A DNA stretch of 64,000 bases. It comes from Nitrospirota bacterium. Its GTDB lineage: Bacteria > Nitrospirota > UBA9217. Location of the stretch: NCBI GenBank assembly GCA_963751455.1, contig CAVVUN010000012.1:576001-640000 (forward strand), written 5' to 3'. This document shows, one piece after another, positions 1 to 10,269 of the stretch. Below the pieces are notes generated by a model. It was not told where the DNA came from. It ran no database searches and saw only the letters and a list, made by a program, of their open reading frames with translations. Positions within the stretch are counted from its first letter, which is position 1. Each line of letters begins with the position of its first letter. The translations under genes were made by a program, and so were the position numbers.

Positions 1-717
1 GTCAAGAGACGCGACGGCACCTATCGCTGTGAACATTGCTATTTCACCAACACGTATCTGGATGGGGTAGTGCAGAGGATGGACACGGCTTATCTTGTGA
101 CGCTCGAGGCTTTTGTGACCGCCATCGATGCGCGCGAGCATGAAGTCGGGAACCATTCCCTGCGCGTCACCGAATTTTCCCTTATCATCGGCAATGCCTG
201 CGGCGTGAGGGGGCGGGAAATGGTCGATCTCTATGCTGGCTCGCTGCTTCACGATATCGGCAAGATCGGCGTACCGGACGCGGTACTGCTGAAGGCCGGC
301 CCGTTTAATAAGGAAGAACGGGCTATCATGCAGAAACATCCTGAGATCGGCTACCGTATAATAGGTCACATCGGTTATTTTTCCCGGGCAGCTGAAATCA
401 TCCGCAGCCATCACGAGCACTACGATGGTTCGGGCTACCCGAGAAGACTCAAAGATGTAGAGATTCCGCATGGGGCAAGGGTCTTCGCCATCGCTGACGC
501 CCTCGATGCGCTGACGGTAACGCGGCCCTATCGCAAAGCGGTCCTCTTCGATGATGCCATCGAGGAAATCCTGCCCGATTCCGGCAGGATTTTCGATCCT
601 GCTGTGGTAGAGGCGTTTTTAAAATCAGCGGATGAATTAAAAGAATTTATCGGCAGAATCGTATTGGGCGGGAGTGATACCGGTACCGTCGATTTCGATA
701 CTATTCTAAATACGTAG
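1..717 (+). CDS. HD-GYP domain phosphohydrolase (cyclic dinucleotide phosphodiesterase-like), probably 5'-truncated by the window edge
   Basis: HDIGKIG and HHEHYDGSGYP motifs; the frame is open back to base 1 (VKRRDGTYRCEHCY...), so the start probably lies upstream. Confidence 0.85.
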   Translation, partial: VKRRDGTYRCEHCYFTNTYLDGVVQRMDTAYLVTLEAFVTAIDAREHEVGNHSLRVTEFSLIIGNACGVRGREMVDLYAGSLLHDIGKIGVPDAVLLKAGPFNKEERAIMQKHPEIGYRIIGHIGYFSRAAEIIRSHHEHYDGSGYPRRLKDVEIPHGARVFAIADALDALTVTRPYRKAVLFDDAIEEILPDSGRIFDPAVVEAFLKSADELKEFIGRIVLGGSDTGTVDFDTILNT

Positions 718-761
718 TTACTAAAAAGTAAAATTCTTCTCAAAATGGCAAGAAAATTCAG

Positions 762-862
762 CCACAGAGGTCACAGAGCACACAGAGAACGGCTTGAAAC
801 AATTTCATAAATCCAGGCTTTGCTTTATATTTCTCCTCTGTGAACTCTGTGTGCTCTGTGGC
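762..862. repeat. Intergenic inverted repeat made of 9-nt tandem units
   Basis: (CACAGAGnn)x3 ... (CTCTGTGnn)x3 arms around an AT-rich spacer. Confidence 0.7.
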
Positions 863-988
863 AAAAAGGTTTTGGTTCCGGCTTGTCCGGGTTAGGTAAG
901 AGCATGGAAGACAAAAAAGGGGTTGGGCGTTTAAAATGTACGGTTCGGTCATGCAACCCGTTTGTCGCACCGTCAATTTCCAAAACAT

Positions 989-2137
989 TTAAGAGAACTT
1001 ATTGTTGCTATGTTCTCCCGTTTTTTCCTGTTCGACCGAGGTACGCTTTTTGGCATCATCTATTATTAAAGCCATCTTTTTCTCGGCGGCCTCGACACTT
1101 TCAAGCAGTTTGAACTGCACCCGGGCACGATGCAGGTTGTGCGTGGAGTATCGGGTCTTAAAATACGTGTCGCCGAGAAGATAATCCGTCAGAAAGCGAA
1201 GGCCCAGCTCAAAGGTTATTACCTTTACGGAGGCGGGAAGCAGTTCAATCTCCTCTTGCGTCAGAAATAATCCTGCCTCACGCAGATACCCCTCTGTTAC
1301 TGCAGCAAAAACGTCGAGGTCCAAGCGGACGTTCTCCAATTGCGGTGCATCCTCGCCGGCGCGATTACCGGCGGAACGCAGGCAATCGCCAAAGTCAAAG
1401 TGAACTATCCCCGGCTTTACCGTATCAAGATCAAGCATACATATGGCTTCACCCGTCGCTGCATCGAGCATAATATTATTCACCTTGGGATCATTGTGCA
1501 CGACACGGACGGGGACTTCGCCATGCTCGATACGGTCAGTAAGAAGGTGCGCGAGGACGCGCCTTTGCGAGACAAAAGCGATCTCGGGCTCAACCGATGA
1601 AACCCTTCCTCTTGTGTCGGCAGCCAAAGCTTTATCGTATTCACCCAGATACCGCGGTGTATGATGAAAGCCGGGAAGCGTGTCGTGCAGTCCGGCGGGC
1701 GCCATGCCGGAAACAAGCGCCTGAAATTTGCCGAGTCCGCGTCCTACCTGGAATGCCTGCCGGCTGTCTGAGATTGAATCGAATACCTTTCCCTGCTCTA
1801 TGAAATGGAATACCCGCCAGTATGCGCCGGATTTGTCCTGGTGATACGAGCGTCCTTCCCGGGTGAAAACAAGCGCAGGTGTGACGCGATACGGATCGGG
1901 CACACCACGTTCGCGAAGCCTGTTCACAATATAGGTCGTGACCGCTTCCACGTTCTCCATTACCTGCACCGGATGTTTGAACACTGCAGTATTGATTTTC
2001 TGGAGAATATATTTGCGAACCGTGCGCCCGTTCCCGAACTCGCACAGATATGTGTCGTTGATCAGCCCCGAACCGAATCTTTGAACCTTGCCTGCGTCCC
2101 CGCCAAGGGGAAATCTGGATAGTACGGCCTGAATCAT
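989..2137 (-). CDS. Aminoglycoside phosphotransferase-family kinase (N-acetylhexosamine kinase-like)
   Basis: GxGLINDTY, HNDPKVNN and DLDTV kinase motifs; start placed at MIQAVL (2137) after a GAGGGA RBS. Confidence 0.8.
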   Translation of the reverse strand: MIQAVLSRFPLGGDAGKVQRFGSGLINDTYLCEFGNGRTVRKYILQKINTAVFKHPVQVMENVEAVTTYIVNRLRERGVPDPYRVTPALVFTREGRSYHQDKSGAYWRVFHFIEQGKVFDSISDSRQAFQVGRGLGKFQALVSGMAPAGLHDTLPGFHHTPRYLGEYDKALAADTRGRVSSVEPEIAFVSQRRVLAHLLTDRIEHGEVPVRVVHNDPKVNNIMLDAATGEAICMLDLDTVKPGIVHFDFGDCLRSAGNRAGEDAPQLENVRLDLDVFAAVTEGYLREAGLFLTQEEIELLPASVKVITFELGLRFLTDYLLGDTYFKTRYSTHNLHRARVQFKLLESVEAAEKKMALIIDDAKKRTSVEQEKTGEHSNNKFS

Positions 2138-2235
2138 GTTCTCGCTTCCCTCGCTGGGCCGCATTATAGCATGTTCCAGTCGTATTTCGAAACAGGTTAG
2201 AACGGATTCCTGCAAAAAGGACCCGGGGAAACCGG

Positions 2236-2484
2236 CTATCTCTTCCAATGCAGTTTTTCTATCACAAGATAGGTCCGTGTCGTATTGACGTCAATGCTTC
2301 CCTGGATATTTTCCATGATTACCTGGTCGATCTCCATGAGGGAAGCGGCTTGCACCTTCGCGATAATGTCCGTGTCACCATGGACCGCGGCAGCCTCCTG
2401 GACCTGCGGAAATTTTCGAAGCGCCTCTATGGCTTCAGCGGCGCGCTTTGTCGGTACGGTAATGAGTATGAAAGCAGTTATCAT
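2236..2484 (-). CDS. Stand-alone Lrp/AsnC ligand-binding domain protein
   Basis: 82 aa with AFILI...VHGDTDIIAKV...TRTYLV pattern; AGGAGG RBS. Confidence 0.8.
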   Translation of the reverse strand: MITAFILITVPTKRAAEAIEALRKFPQVQEAAAVHGDTDIIAKVQAASLMEIDQVIMENIQGSIDVNTTRTYLVIEKLHWKR

Positions 2485-2626
2485 TCGCGGCCTCCTTCCT
2501 CATCTGTCTCAAAATCCAGCCGCCGAGGCGCTGAGACACAGAGAAAACCTTTAAAGATTTCCTCAGCCTCCTCTGCGGTCAAACCGATTTTTTGCGAAGC
2601 GATAATGGAATAGTATGAAACTATTG

Positions 2627-2783
2627 TAACTATTCAGCTTCATTTCAGAACGGCATAAAGACAAATCTGAGAAAAAGCCCTTCTATCCGCAGATTTCGCA
2701 GATTCTAAAGCCGGAATTCTGGTTTTGTTTTTATCTGCGAAATCTGCGTAATCTGCGGATAAAAAATGACCTGAGTTATTTAC
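2627..2783. repeat. Miniature non-coding element containing CGCAGAT 9-mer inverted arms
   Basis: Homologous in reverse orientation to the outer parts of 12863-13451 (TAACTATTCAGCTT...GACAAATCTGA...ATCTGCGGATAAAAAATGACCT). Confidence 0.7.
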
Positions 2784-2788
2784 AAAAA

Positions 2789-3253
2789 CTATTTAACCAC
2801 CATAACCGGAATTTCGGCGCTATTTGTAACTTCGCGGCTTACGCTTCCCATAAACAGATGAGTAGCCCTGCTGCCCCTTGAGCCGATGATGATCATATCA
2901 GCTCCTTCCTGCTTTGCAGTCGCGAGTATCTCCTCTGCCGGATGGCCCTTTCTGATTACTGTCTTTATGCCGCCCAATCCGCTTTCTTCGAGCGCCTTCT
3001 TATAGTAGCCGACAATGGCTGCGGCCTTTTTATCGAGCGCCGTCTGATATTCGGTCCCTTCCAGGGCTTGCTTCAGCGTCTGCATTTCCGAAACGCTCAG
3101 AAGCTGATCGTCCATCAGGGACCTGCCTTCGAGCTTCTCTACATAGACCAGAATGATTGAGTCAGGGTGAATGCAGGCGCATGTCTTAACGCATTGCGCA
3201 AAAGCGTTCCTGGTGCCCTTCGTATCATCGACTGCAATAAGGATTTTTTTCAT
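2789..3253 (-). CDS. Universal stress protein (UspA family)
   Basis: MKKILIAVD...GHPAEEIL...IIIGSRG...MGSVS...PVMVVK; start at 3253 after AGGAGG. Confidence 0.9.
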   Translation of the reverse strand: MKKILIAVDDTKGTRNAFAQCVKTCACIHPDSIILVYVEKLEGRSLMDDQLLSVSEMQTLKQALEGTEYQTALDKKAAAIVGYYKKALEESGLGGIKTVIRKGHPAEEILATAKQEGADMIIIGSRGSRATHLFMGSVSREVTNSAEIPVMVVK

Positions 3254-3403
3254 CTTGTTACCCTCCTTCCGGGTGTAACAGCTTTCAGCAAACCTGGAAA
3301 CGCCGGTTGTGACCACTGATGAACACGTTAACATCTTAAATGAATAATATATTTCAGACGATATCTTCACCCAATTTATGATTCATATTCTTGTTAATCG
3401 GGG

Positions 3404-5074
3404 TTAATTACTCTTCTTATGATAACCGTCCTGATCAGCAAGGCATTCCTGATCGATATTCGCAAGTTCCCTGGTGAAAGTTTCGTAATTCACGGAATAG
3501 TCGACTGGGCATTCGACGAGCACTGCTTTCTTTCGGGAAAAGGCGTCTTCCAGGACTTCGGACAGGACGTCTCCGTTGTTTACCTTGATGCCCTCCGCAC
3601 CGTAGCTCTCCGCATATTTGACGAAGTCGGGATTTGAGTAGTCCAGGCCGAAGTTTTTGAACCCCTTGCCCTGCTGTTCCCATTTGATAAATCCGAAAGC
3701 ATTGTCGTTCAGTATCAGGACGACCAGGGCAATGCCGTACCGCAGAGCGGTCTCGATTTCGCGCGAGTTCAGCATAAAGCCGCCGTCGCCGACCACCGCA
3801 AGCACCCTCTTCTCCGGATGGAGAAGTTTTGCAGCAAGGCCGGCAGGCATCCCGGCGCCCATCGTGGCGAATGCGTTGTCGACGAGGAACGTGTTCGGCT
3901 TGTATGTCTTGTACAGACGCGCAAACCACAATTTATAAATGCCGTTGTCGAGCGAAAGGATGTCGTCCTCAGCCATTACGTTTCTCACGTGCCGCACGAT
4001 CTCCTGGGGCTGCAGCGGGTAGGACTTCTTGAAATCAAGGGAAAGTTTTTTATTCAGGAACTCGCGGAACGACCGGAAAACCTCAGGGTCCTTCTTTCCC
4101 GTGGTCCTCTCTCCAAGCAGACGCAGGGACCTAGAAATATCGCCGATAACTTCTACCTCCGGGTTGAAATACTTGTCCGACTCCGCCTCGACGAAGTCTA
4201 TGTTGATGATCTTCTTATCGATGTTCCTGTTCCAGACCGAGGGCGGATACTCCACGATGTTGTAGCCGATCGTCAGGATCAGGTCCGCCTTATCGATGCC
4301 GCAGTTTACGTAGTCCCGCCGGTGAATGCCGGTCGCGAAGAGGCTGTACGGAGAATCGTCGCTCAGGACACCCTTTCCCATCTGGGTCTGGACCGCATAG
4401 ATGCCGGTCTTTTCGATGAACTGCTCGAGCTGCGCGGTTATCAGTTTTCGGTTGGCGCCTGAAGAAAGAACGATCAGCGGGTGGCGGGAATCGTTGATCA
4501 ACTGTGCGGCCCGGGCGATCACTTCCGGGTCCGGTGACGGCCGGCGCATATATCCCCGCTTCTGCACCGCGGCCGGAGTATCCGTTTCTGCGACATCTTC
4601 CGGCAACTCGATATGGACTGCTCCGGGCCGTTCCGCCTGGGCAAGCCTGAAGGCGTTCCGGACAATCGTTGGCGTCATGCTGGGGTCCACGATCGAAAGG
4701 GATTGCTTGGTGATCGGCCTCATCATGCTGACCACGTCGATCAATTGAAAGCGGGCCTGCCGGTTCTCCCTGAGCGCCTTCTGGCCGGAGATGGATACGA
4801 GCGGGGCGCCGATAAGCTGCGCATGGGCTACTCCGGTCATCAGGTTTGTGGCCCCCGGACCGAGCGTCGAGAAACAAACCCCTGCTTTCCCGGTCAGGCG
4901 TCCGTAAGTCGCTGCCATGAATGCGGCGGTCTGCTCATGCCTGGTCAGGATCAATTTGATCCTTGAAGTGCGGAGCGACTCCAGAAAATCGAGGTTTTCC
5001 TCGCCCGGAAGGCCGAAGACGTATTCGACGCCTTCTTCCTCCAGCTGCTTGACGAACAGGTCGGATGCTTTCAC
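3404..5074 (-). CDS. ilvB: Acetolactate synthase large subunit-like TPP enzyme
   Basis: FGLPGEEN, RHEQ, TLGPGATN and GDGGF...N TPP-binding motif. Confidence 0.85.
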   Translation of the reverse strand: MKASDLFVKQLEEEGVEYVFGLPGEENLDFLESLRTSRIKLILTRHEQTAAFMAATYGRLTGKAGVCFSTLGPGATNLMTGVAHAQLIGAPLVSISGQKALRENRQARFQLIDVVSMMRPITKQSLSIVDPSMTPTIVRNAFRLAQAERPGAVHIELPEDVAETDTPAAVQKRGYMRRPSPDPEVIARAAQLINDSRHPLIVLSSGANRKLITAQLEQFIEKTGIYAVQTQMGKGVLSDDSPYSLFATGIHRRDYVNCGIDKADLILTIGYNIVEYPPSVWNRNIDKKIINIDFVEAESDKYFNPEVEVIGDISRSLRLLGERTTGKKDPEVFRSFREFLNKKLSLDFKKSYPLQPQEIVRHVRNVMAEDDILSLDNGIYKLWFARLYKTYKPNTFLVDNAFATMGAGMPAGLAAKLLHPEKRVLAVVGDGGFMLNSREIETALRYGIALVVLILNDNAFGFIKWEQQGKGFKNFGLDYSNPDFVKYAESYGAEGIKVNNGDVLSEVLEDAFSRKKAVLVECPVDYSVNYETFTRELANIDQECLADQDGYHKKSN

Positions 5075-5196
5075 ATTAACACCTCATAAAATGAGGGATG
5101 ATAGACGACTGTTCGCTTTGCTCACGAGGACGATGGACGCGAAGCGCTTTTCCGTCCTTCATCCCCCGTCCCTCATCCCTCTCATCACGGTTTTCG

Positions 5197-6699
5197 CTAC
5201 TCCTTCACAACCACCGTCTTTATATTCACGAACTCCTTCAATCCGTAGTGCGACAGCTCTCTGCCGATGCCCGATTTTTTTACACCCCCGAACGGCAGCC
5301 GGGGATCGGATTTCACCATGTCGTTGATTGCCACGAAACCGGATTCGATCCTCGCAGCAAGCTTCTCCGCCCTGTCCGTGTTCCGGCTCCAGATTGATGC
5401 GCCAAGCCCGAACTGCGTGTCGTTCGCGATTTTGACCGCATCCTCCTCGCTTTTGACGATTACGACCGGCGCTATGGGGCCGAAAACCTCCTCGGTCATC
5501 ACTTTGCTGTTCAGTTTCGGATTGTATATTGCGCAGGGAGAAAAGAAAAATCCTTTCTTGAACCCTGTCCGGTCCGTTTGCACGATTTCGGCGCCTCCTG
5601 TCCTGGCGTCGAGAAGCTGTCTCTTCAGCGCGTCGAGAAGGTCGCGCCGGGCCAGTGGTCCGACATCGGTATTTTCGTCCATGGGATCACCGAGCTTGAG
5701 CTCTTTCAGTCGCGCCATGAAATGGTTTTTGAAGTCTTCCGCCACGCTTTCCATCACGATAAACCGCTTGGCCGCGATGCAGCTCTGGCCCGCATTGATC
5801 ATGCGCGCATTTGCCGCAATCCTGCCTGCCTTTGCAACATCGGCATCATCGAGCACGATAAAGGGATCGGAGCCGCCAAGCTCGAGGACGACCTTCTTGA
5901 TCCTGGCTGCGGCATGAGCGCCGACCTCCTCTCCTGCGGCATTGCTGCCGGTCAGGGATACGGCATCTACCTTATCGTTATCGATGAGGCTAAGCGCTTC
6001 TTTTGAATCGATCATCACCGTCTTGAACACGTTCTCCGGGAACCCGGCCGACGTGAATGCGTTCTCGATGGACATTGCTGTCTGCGGCACGTTCGACGCG
6101 TGCTTCAGCAGGATCACGTTTCCTGCCGCGACCGCAGGTACGCCGAACCGGAAAGCCTGCCAGAAGGGAAAGTTCCAGGGCATGATTGCGAGTACCACAC
6201 CCAACGGCTGGAACATCGCATAGCTCTTCCTGTTTTCGGTCTTGATCTCTTCCGGCTGCAGCATCGTTTCGACATCGCCGGCATAATAGTCGCACAGCCA
6301 GGCGCATTTCTCGATTTCAGCCAGCGACTCCTTTATCGGCTTGCCCATCTCCCGCGTGATCAGTTCAGCGTACTTCCGCTTTTCAGCTCTCAGATGATCG
6401 CCGAGTTTCCTGATAGAGGCGGCCCGTTCAGAAACCGGGACATCTTTCCAGGACCCGAATGCAAGACGCGACTTTTCAAGCTGTTCGTCGAGCTCATACC
6501 GGTTCATAAGCGGGATTTCCATCATTACTTCTTCAGTAAAGGGATTTATGGATGGTATGGTCTTTCTTTTTTCTTTATATGATTTCAGCGAGCTGATCTT
6601 CATTTTTTTTACCCCCTGGTTGGAGGACGCGCCTTCTTTTCGAATTGAAGTTACCTTGCCTTTGCCTGCAGACTTCCTGACCTGTTTTTTTACAGCCAT
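5197..6699 (-). CDS. gabD: NAD(P)-dependent succinate-semialdehyde dehydrogenase-like aldehyde dehydrogenase
   Basis: IMPWNFP, LELGGSDP, NAGQSCIAAKR, EEVFGP, PFGGVKKSGIGREL. Confidence 0.85.
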   Translation of the reverse strand: MAVKKQVRKSAGKGKVTSIRKEGASSNQGVKKMKISSLKSYKEKRKTIPSINPFTEEVMMEIPLMNRYELDEQLEKSRLAFGSWKDVPVSERAASIRKLGDHLRAEKRKYAELITREMGKPIKESLAEIEKCAWLCDYYAGDVETMLQPEEIKTENRKSYAMFQPLGVVLAIMPWNFPFWQAFRFGVPAVAAGNVILLKHASNVPQTAMSIENAFTSAGFPENVFKTVMIDSKEALSLIDNDKVDAVSLTGSNAAGEEVGAHAAARIKKVVLELGGSDPFIVLDDADVAKAGRIAANARMINAGQSCIAAKRFIVMESVAEDFKNHFMARLKELKLGDPMDENTDVGPLARRDLLDALKRQLLDARTGGAEIVQTDRTGFKKGFFFSPCAIYNPKLNSKVMTEEVFGPIAPVVIVKSEEDAVKIANDTQFGLGASIWSRNTDRAEKLAARIESGFVAINDMVKSDPRLPFGGVKKSGIGRELSHYGLKEFVNIKTVVVKE

Positions 6700-6751
6700 G
6701 CGTCCTCCTCAATTTCAATTTACAGAAAAGCAAAACCAGAATCGAAGTTTA

Positions 6752-6833
6752 TCCGCAGATTTCGCAGATGTCGCAGATTTGAAAAAAATAAATGAGCTCT
6801 GGTTTAATCGGAGAAATCTGCGTAATCTGCGGA
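6752..6833. repeat. CGCAGAT 9-mer inverted repeat element
   Basis: TCCGCAGATTTCGCAGATGTCGCAGAT ... ATCTGCGTAATCTGCGGA. Confidence 0.7.
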
Positions 6834-6848
6834 TAATGTTTTCCGCGT

Positions 6849-8066
6849 TCAGACCCTTTTCTCAATCGGCACATACACGCACCCGGTTCTGCCGCAGTAA
6901 TTGCCCACATAATCGGACGAGGGCCTGTACAGCGCGGGCTTGGCCTGTGCCTCTCCGAATTTCTCCTCGATAATATGGGCGGTCCATCCCGCCATGCGCG
7001 AAACGGCGAACAGGGGCGTCATGAGGTCCCCGGGAATGCCTATGATGTGGTACACAGGTGCGCTGTAGAAATCGACATTCGGCTTTATCGTTGTCTTGCC
7101 CCTTTTCCCGAGCTCGGCAAGCGCAGTCTGCTCGATCTCGCCCAGGATGCGCTGCCACTGCTCTTCGCCGAATTTTGCGCCGAGCCGCTGCCCCATTTCC
7201 TTGAGGAACCGTGCACGCGGGTCGGTTGTTTTGTAAACAGCATGCCCTATCCCCATGACCTTCTGTCCAAGGGCGAGCCTTTTTCTCACCCAGCCGGAAA
7301 TGTCCGTCTCCTGCTGGAGTTCAATCAGCATCTTCATTACTTCCGCATTTGCTCCGCCGTGCAGACTGCCTGAAAGAGCGCCCACTCCCGCTGCAATGCC
7401 CGCATACATATGTGCGCCGGTAGAAACGACCTCCCGGCATGCGAAGGTCGACGCATTGAATGAATGTTCGGCATGCAGAATGAGCGCGATGTCAAGGTCG
7501 CGTGCCATCTCAGGGTCGGGTTTTCTTCCAGTCAGTTCCCACAGAAAATTTGCCGCGTGGGAAAGTGCGTCATCGGGCGGGAGCAGCTCGAGGCCTTTCC
7601 GGATACGGTGCCATGAAGCGATCACCTCCGCGGTTCGAGCGATAAGCCTGATCGCCTTTAAAACGTTCGCTTCCCGGGTCTCCTCGGATAATTGCGGATC
7701 AGCTATCGCCAGAAGCGGAATCGCTGCCTGGAGCACATCCATAGGCGGAGACTGCGTCGGCAGCCGGCGAAGCGTCTGAAGCACGTAACCCGGAAGGCTT
7801 CGGGCATCCGTCAGTTTTTGACGGAATTTCTTGAGTTCCTGCCCGGAGGGCAGCGCATCGTACAGCAGCAGGTACGCTGTCTCTTCAAATGTGGAGTTTT
7901 TCGCAAGGTCTTCGATCCGGTACCCGCGGTAAATCAAGACGCCATTCTCTCCATCCACGTCGGATATCCTGGTATCCGCGACCGATACGCCCCGCAGACC
8001 GATGTTCTTTGTTTTCTGAGCACCGCGTGAGATATCCACTACCTGAGCTTTTGCAGCCATACGCAA
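6849..8066 (-). CDS. gltA: Citrate synthase / 2-methylcitrate synthase family
   Basis: GLRGV, YRGY, HAEHSFNAST, LHGGAN, GIGHAVYK, PNVDFYS motifs. Confidence 0.85.
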   Translation of the reverse strand: MRMAAKAQVVDISRGAQKTKNIGLRGVSVADTRISDVDGENGVLIYRGYRIEDLAKNSTFEETAYLLLYDALPSGQELKKFRQKLTDARSLPGYVLQTLRRLPTQSPPMDVLQAAIPLLAIADPQLSEETREANVLKAIRLIARTAEVIASWHRIRKGLELLPPDDALSHAANFLWELTGRKPDPEMARDLDIALILHAEHSFNASTFACREVVSTGAHMYAGIAAGVGALSGSLHGGANAEVMKMLIELQQETDISGWVRKRLALGQKVMGIGHAVYKTTDPRARFLKEMGQRLGAKFGEEQWQRILGEIEQTALAELGKRGKTTIKPNVDFYSAPVYHIIGIPGDLMTPLFAVSRMAGWTAHIIEEKFGEAQAKPALYRPSSDYVGNYCGRTGCVYVPIEKRV

Positions 8067-8113
8067 TACTCCTTAGGTTAGTTTGTGGAAATTTTACTTA
8101 TGCCGTCCTCTCC

Positions 8114-10057
8114 TTAAACATGCACCAACAGCTGCTCCTTCACATAGTTCAGCGCTCCACCGGCCAGAAGATATTTTCGTTGCCGTTCGGAAACATCGAG
8201 AACGGTGGTGATGGCCTGACCATCTATCTCAACCGGTATCTCGCGGTCCCCCCGTTCGACCCTTTTTCTAATGTCAACGAACACAAGCTTCGTACCCTTC
8301 GTGAGCCGCTCGTAGTCTTCCGGGTCCTTGAATGTGAGCGGTAGTATGCCGAAGTTGCAGAGGTTAGACTTGTGGATGCGGGCAAAACTTTTGGCGATTT
8401 TCGCGCGGACACCGAGGTACCTCGGCGCGAGCGCGGCATGCTCCCGGCTGGACCCCTGCCCGTAATTTTCACCACCGGCGACAACCACAATACCCAGTGC
8501 CCTGCACTCTTTTGCGAAGCCCGGGTCCACCTGGGAAAATACGAACTCCGAAAGGGCCTCGATGTTCGAACGGAAAGGAAGCACCCTGTTTCCTGCGGGC
8601 ATGATGCCGTCGGTCGACATATTATCGCCCACCTTGAGTGCAACGTGGGCAACAAGCGTTTGCGGCAGGGGTTCCAGCTCAGGCAGCGGTTTTATGTTCG
8701 GGCCCCGAATGATCTCGCTCTTTGCGGCTTGTTCTGACGGAAAAATAATCGAGCTCTCGTCGATCCGGTATTGTTTCGGGTCCTCCACCCGGGGATACTC
8801 CATTTCAAGTGCAAGCTCGCGCGGGTCAATTACGATCCCTTTTATCGCTGCTGCAGTCGCGGTCTCAGGCGAGCAGAGGTAGACCCTGTCGTCCTTTGTT
8901 CCTGATCTGCCCGGGAAATTCCGCGGGAAGGTGCGCAGGCTTACTTCACCGGTACCCGGCGCCTGGCCCATGCCTATGCACCCCTGGCAGCCCGGCTCGT
9001 GCACTCGTGCTCCGGACGTTAAAAAGGAAAGCAGTCCGCCGGCATGATACACATTCTCGAGCACCTGCCTGCTTCCGGGATTTACGTGAAACGATGTGTC
9101 AGGATGCACTCGCCTGCCGTCAAGCATTCTGGCTGCGGTCATGAGATCCCGGAACGAAGAATTTACGCTGCTGCCCACAATCGCCTGGTCCACTTTAAGG
9201 CCCGCAATCTCCTTTACCGGAACAACATTCCCGGGTGATGTCGGCTTCGCGATGAGCGGTTCAAGGCTGGAAAGGTCGAGCTCGGCATTTTCATCGTAGG
9301 ATGCGCCCTCATCCGCAGAAAGCGGAATCCATGCTTCTCCCCGGCCCTGCGCGACCAGATACTCCCGAGTCCTCTCATCCGAGGGAAAGATGCTCGTTGT
9401 TGCGCCGGTCTCAGTGCCCATGTTGCCGATGGTCTCCCGGTCTGTTGCCGAAAGATTTTTTACGCCCGGTCCGTAGTATTCGATAATTTTTCCGCTGCAG
9501 CCCTTTACGTCATAACGCCGGAGCATTTCGAGGATGACGTCCTTGGCGCTCACCCACTCCGGGAGCCTCCCGGTAAGCCGCACGCCAAGCACCCGCGGAC
9601 AGGGAAGGTGGTACGGATAGCCTGCCATTGCGAGTGCGACGTCCAAGCCGCCTGCGCCGATGCCGAGCATCGACACGCCCGCAGCGCCAGGGGTGTGACT
9701 GTCCGCGCCGAGAAGCGTCCTGCCGGGAATACCGAAGCGCTCCATATGGACCTGGTGGGAAACTCCGTTGCCCGGCTTGCTGAAATGGACCCCGTACCGG
9801 GCAGCCGCGGTTTGCAGAAACTTGTGGTCGTCCGCGTTCTTGTTGTCTGTCTGCAGGAGGTTATGATCCACGTATTGCGCGGCCAGTCCGGCCCTCACCC
9901 TGTCTATGCCCAGGGCTTCGAACTCAAGCATGGCGAGCGTGCCGGTTGCGTCCTGCAAAAGCGTATGGTCGATTGTAATCCCGATCTCCTTGCCGGGCGC
10001 CAGTTCCCCTTCCGCCAGATGGGCTTCCAGGATCTTTTGAGTCAGGTTCTTCTTCAT
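8114..10057 (-). CDS. acn: Aconitate hydratase
   Basis: QDATG, DHN, GADSHT, CQGCIGMG, RNFPGRSG, NYGQGSSREHA; start at MKKNLTQK (10057). Confidence 0.9.
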   Translation of the reverse strand: MKKNLTQKILEAHLAEGELAPGKEIGITIDHTLLQDATGTLAMLEFEALGIDRVRAGLAAQYVDHNLLQTDNKNADDHKFLQTAAARYGVHFSKPGNGVSHQVHMERFGIPGRTLLGADSHTPGAAGVSMLGIGAGGLDVALAMAGYPYHLPCPRVLGVRLTGRLPEWVSAKDVILEMLRRYDVKGCSGKIIEYYGPGVKNLSATDRETIGNMGTETGATTSIFPSDERTREYLVAQGRGEAWIPLSADEGASYDENAELDLSSLEPLIAKPTSPGNVVPVKEIAGLKVDQAIVGSSVNSSFRDLMTAARMLDGRRVHPDTSFHVNPGSRQVLENVYHAGGLLSFLTSGARVHEPGCQGCIGMGQAPGTGEVSLRTFPRNFPGRSGTKDDRVYLCSPETATAAAIKGIVIDPRELALEMEYPRVEDPKQYRIDESSIIFPSEQAAKSEIIRGPNIKPLPELEPLPQTLVAHVALKVGDNMSTDGIMPAGNRVLPFRSNIEALSEFVFSQVDPGFAKECRALGIVVVAGGENYGQGSSREHAALAPRYLGVRAKIAKSFARIHKSNLCNFGILPLTFKDPEDYERLTKGTKLVFVDIRKRVERGDREIPVEIDGQAITTVLDVSERQRKYLLAGGALNYVKEQLLVHV

Positions 10058-10269
10058 GGTGCTGTCCTCGCAGTCCAGGATGTATTCAGGATAAAAATAC
10101 TCTTTTTTAGAAGAGCATATACCTAATAACATTTTAGCATAATTTCATTCTGCTGCAGGTTAAGAGCGCAACGCAGGGAGGAGAGAGCAATAATCCGCGA
10201 TTTACAAAAAAAGCACCTTACGGGTGCGTTTTGTCAGCGCAGGCTTTGGCCTGTCTTTTAGGCAACCTG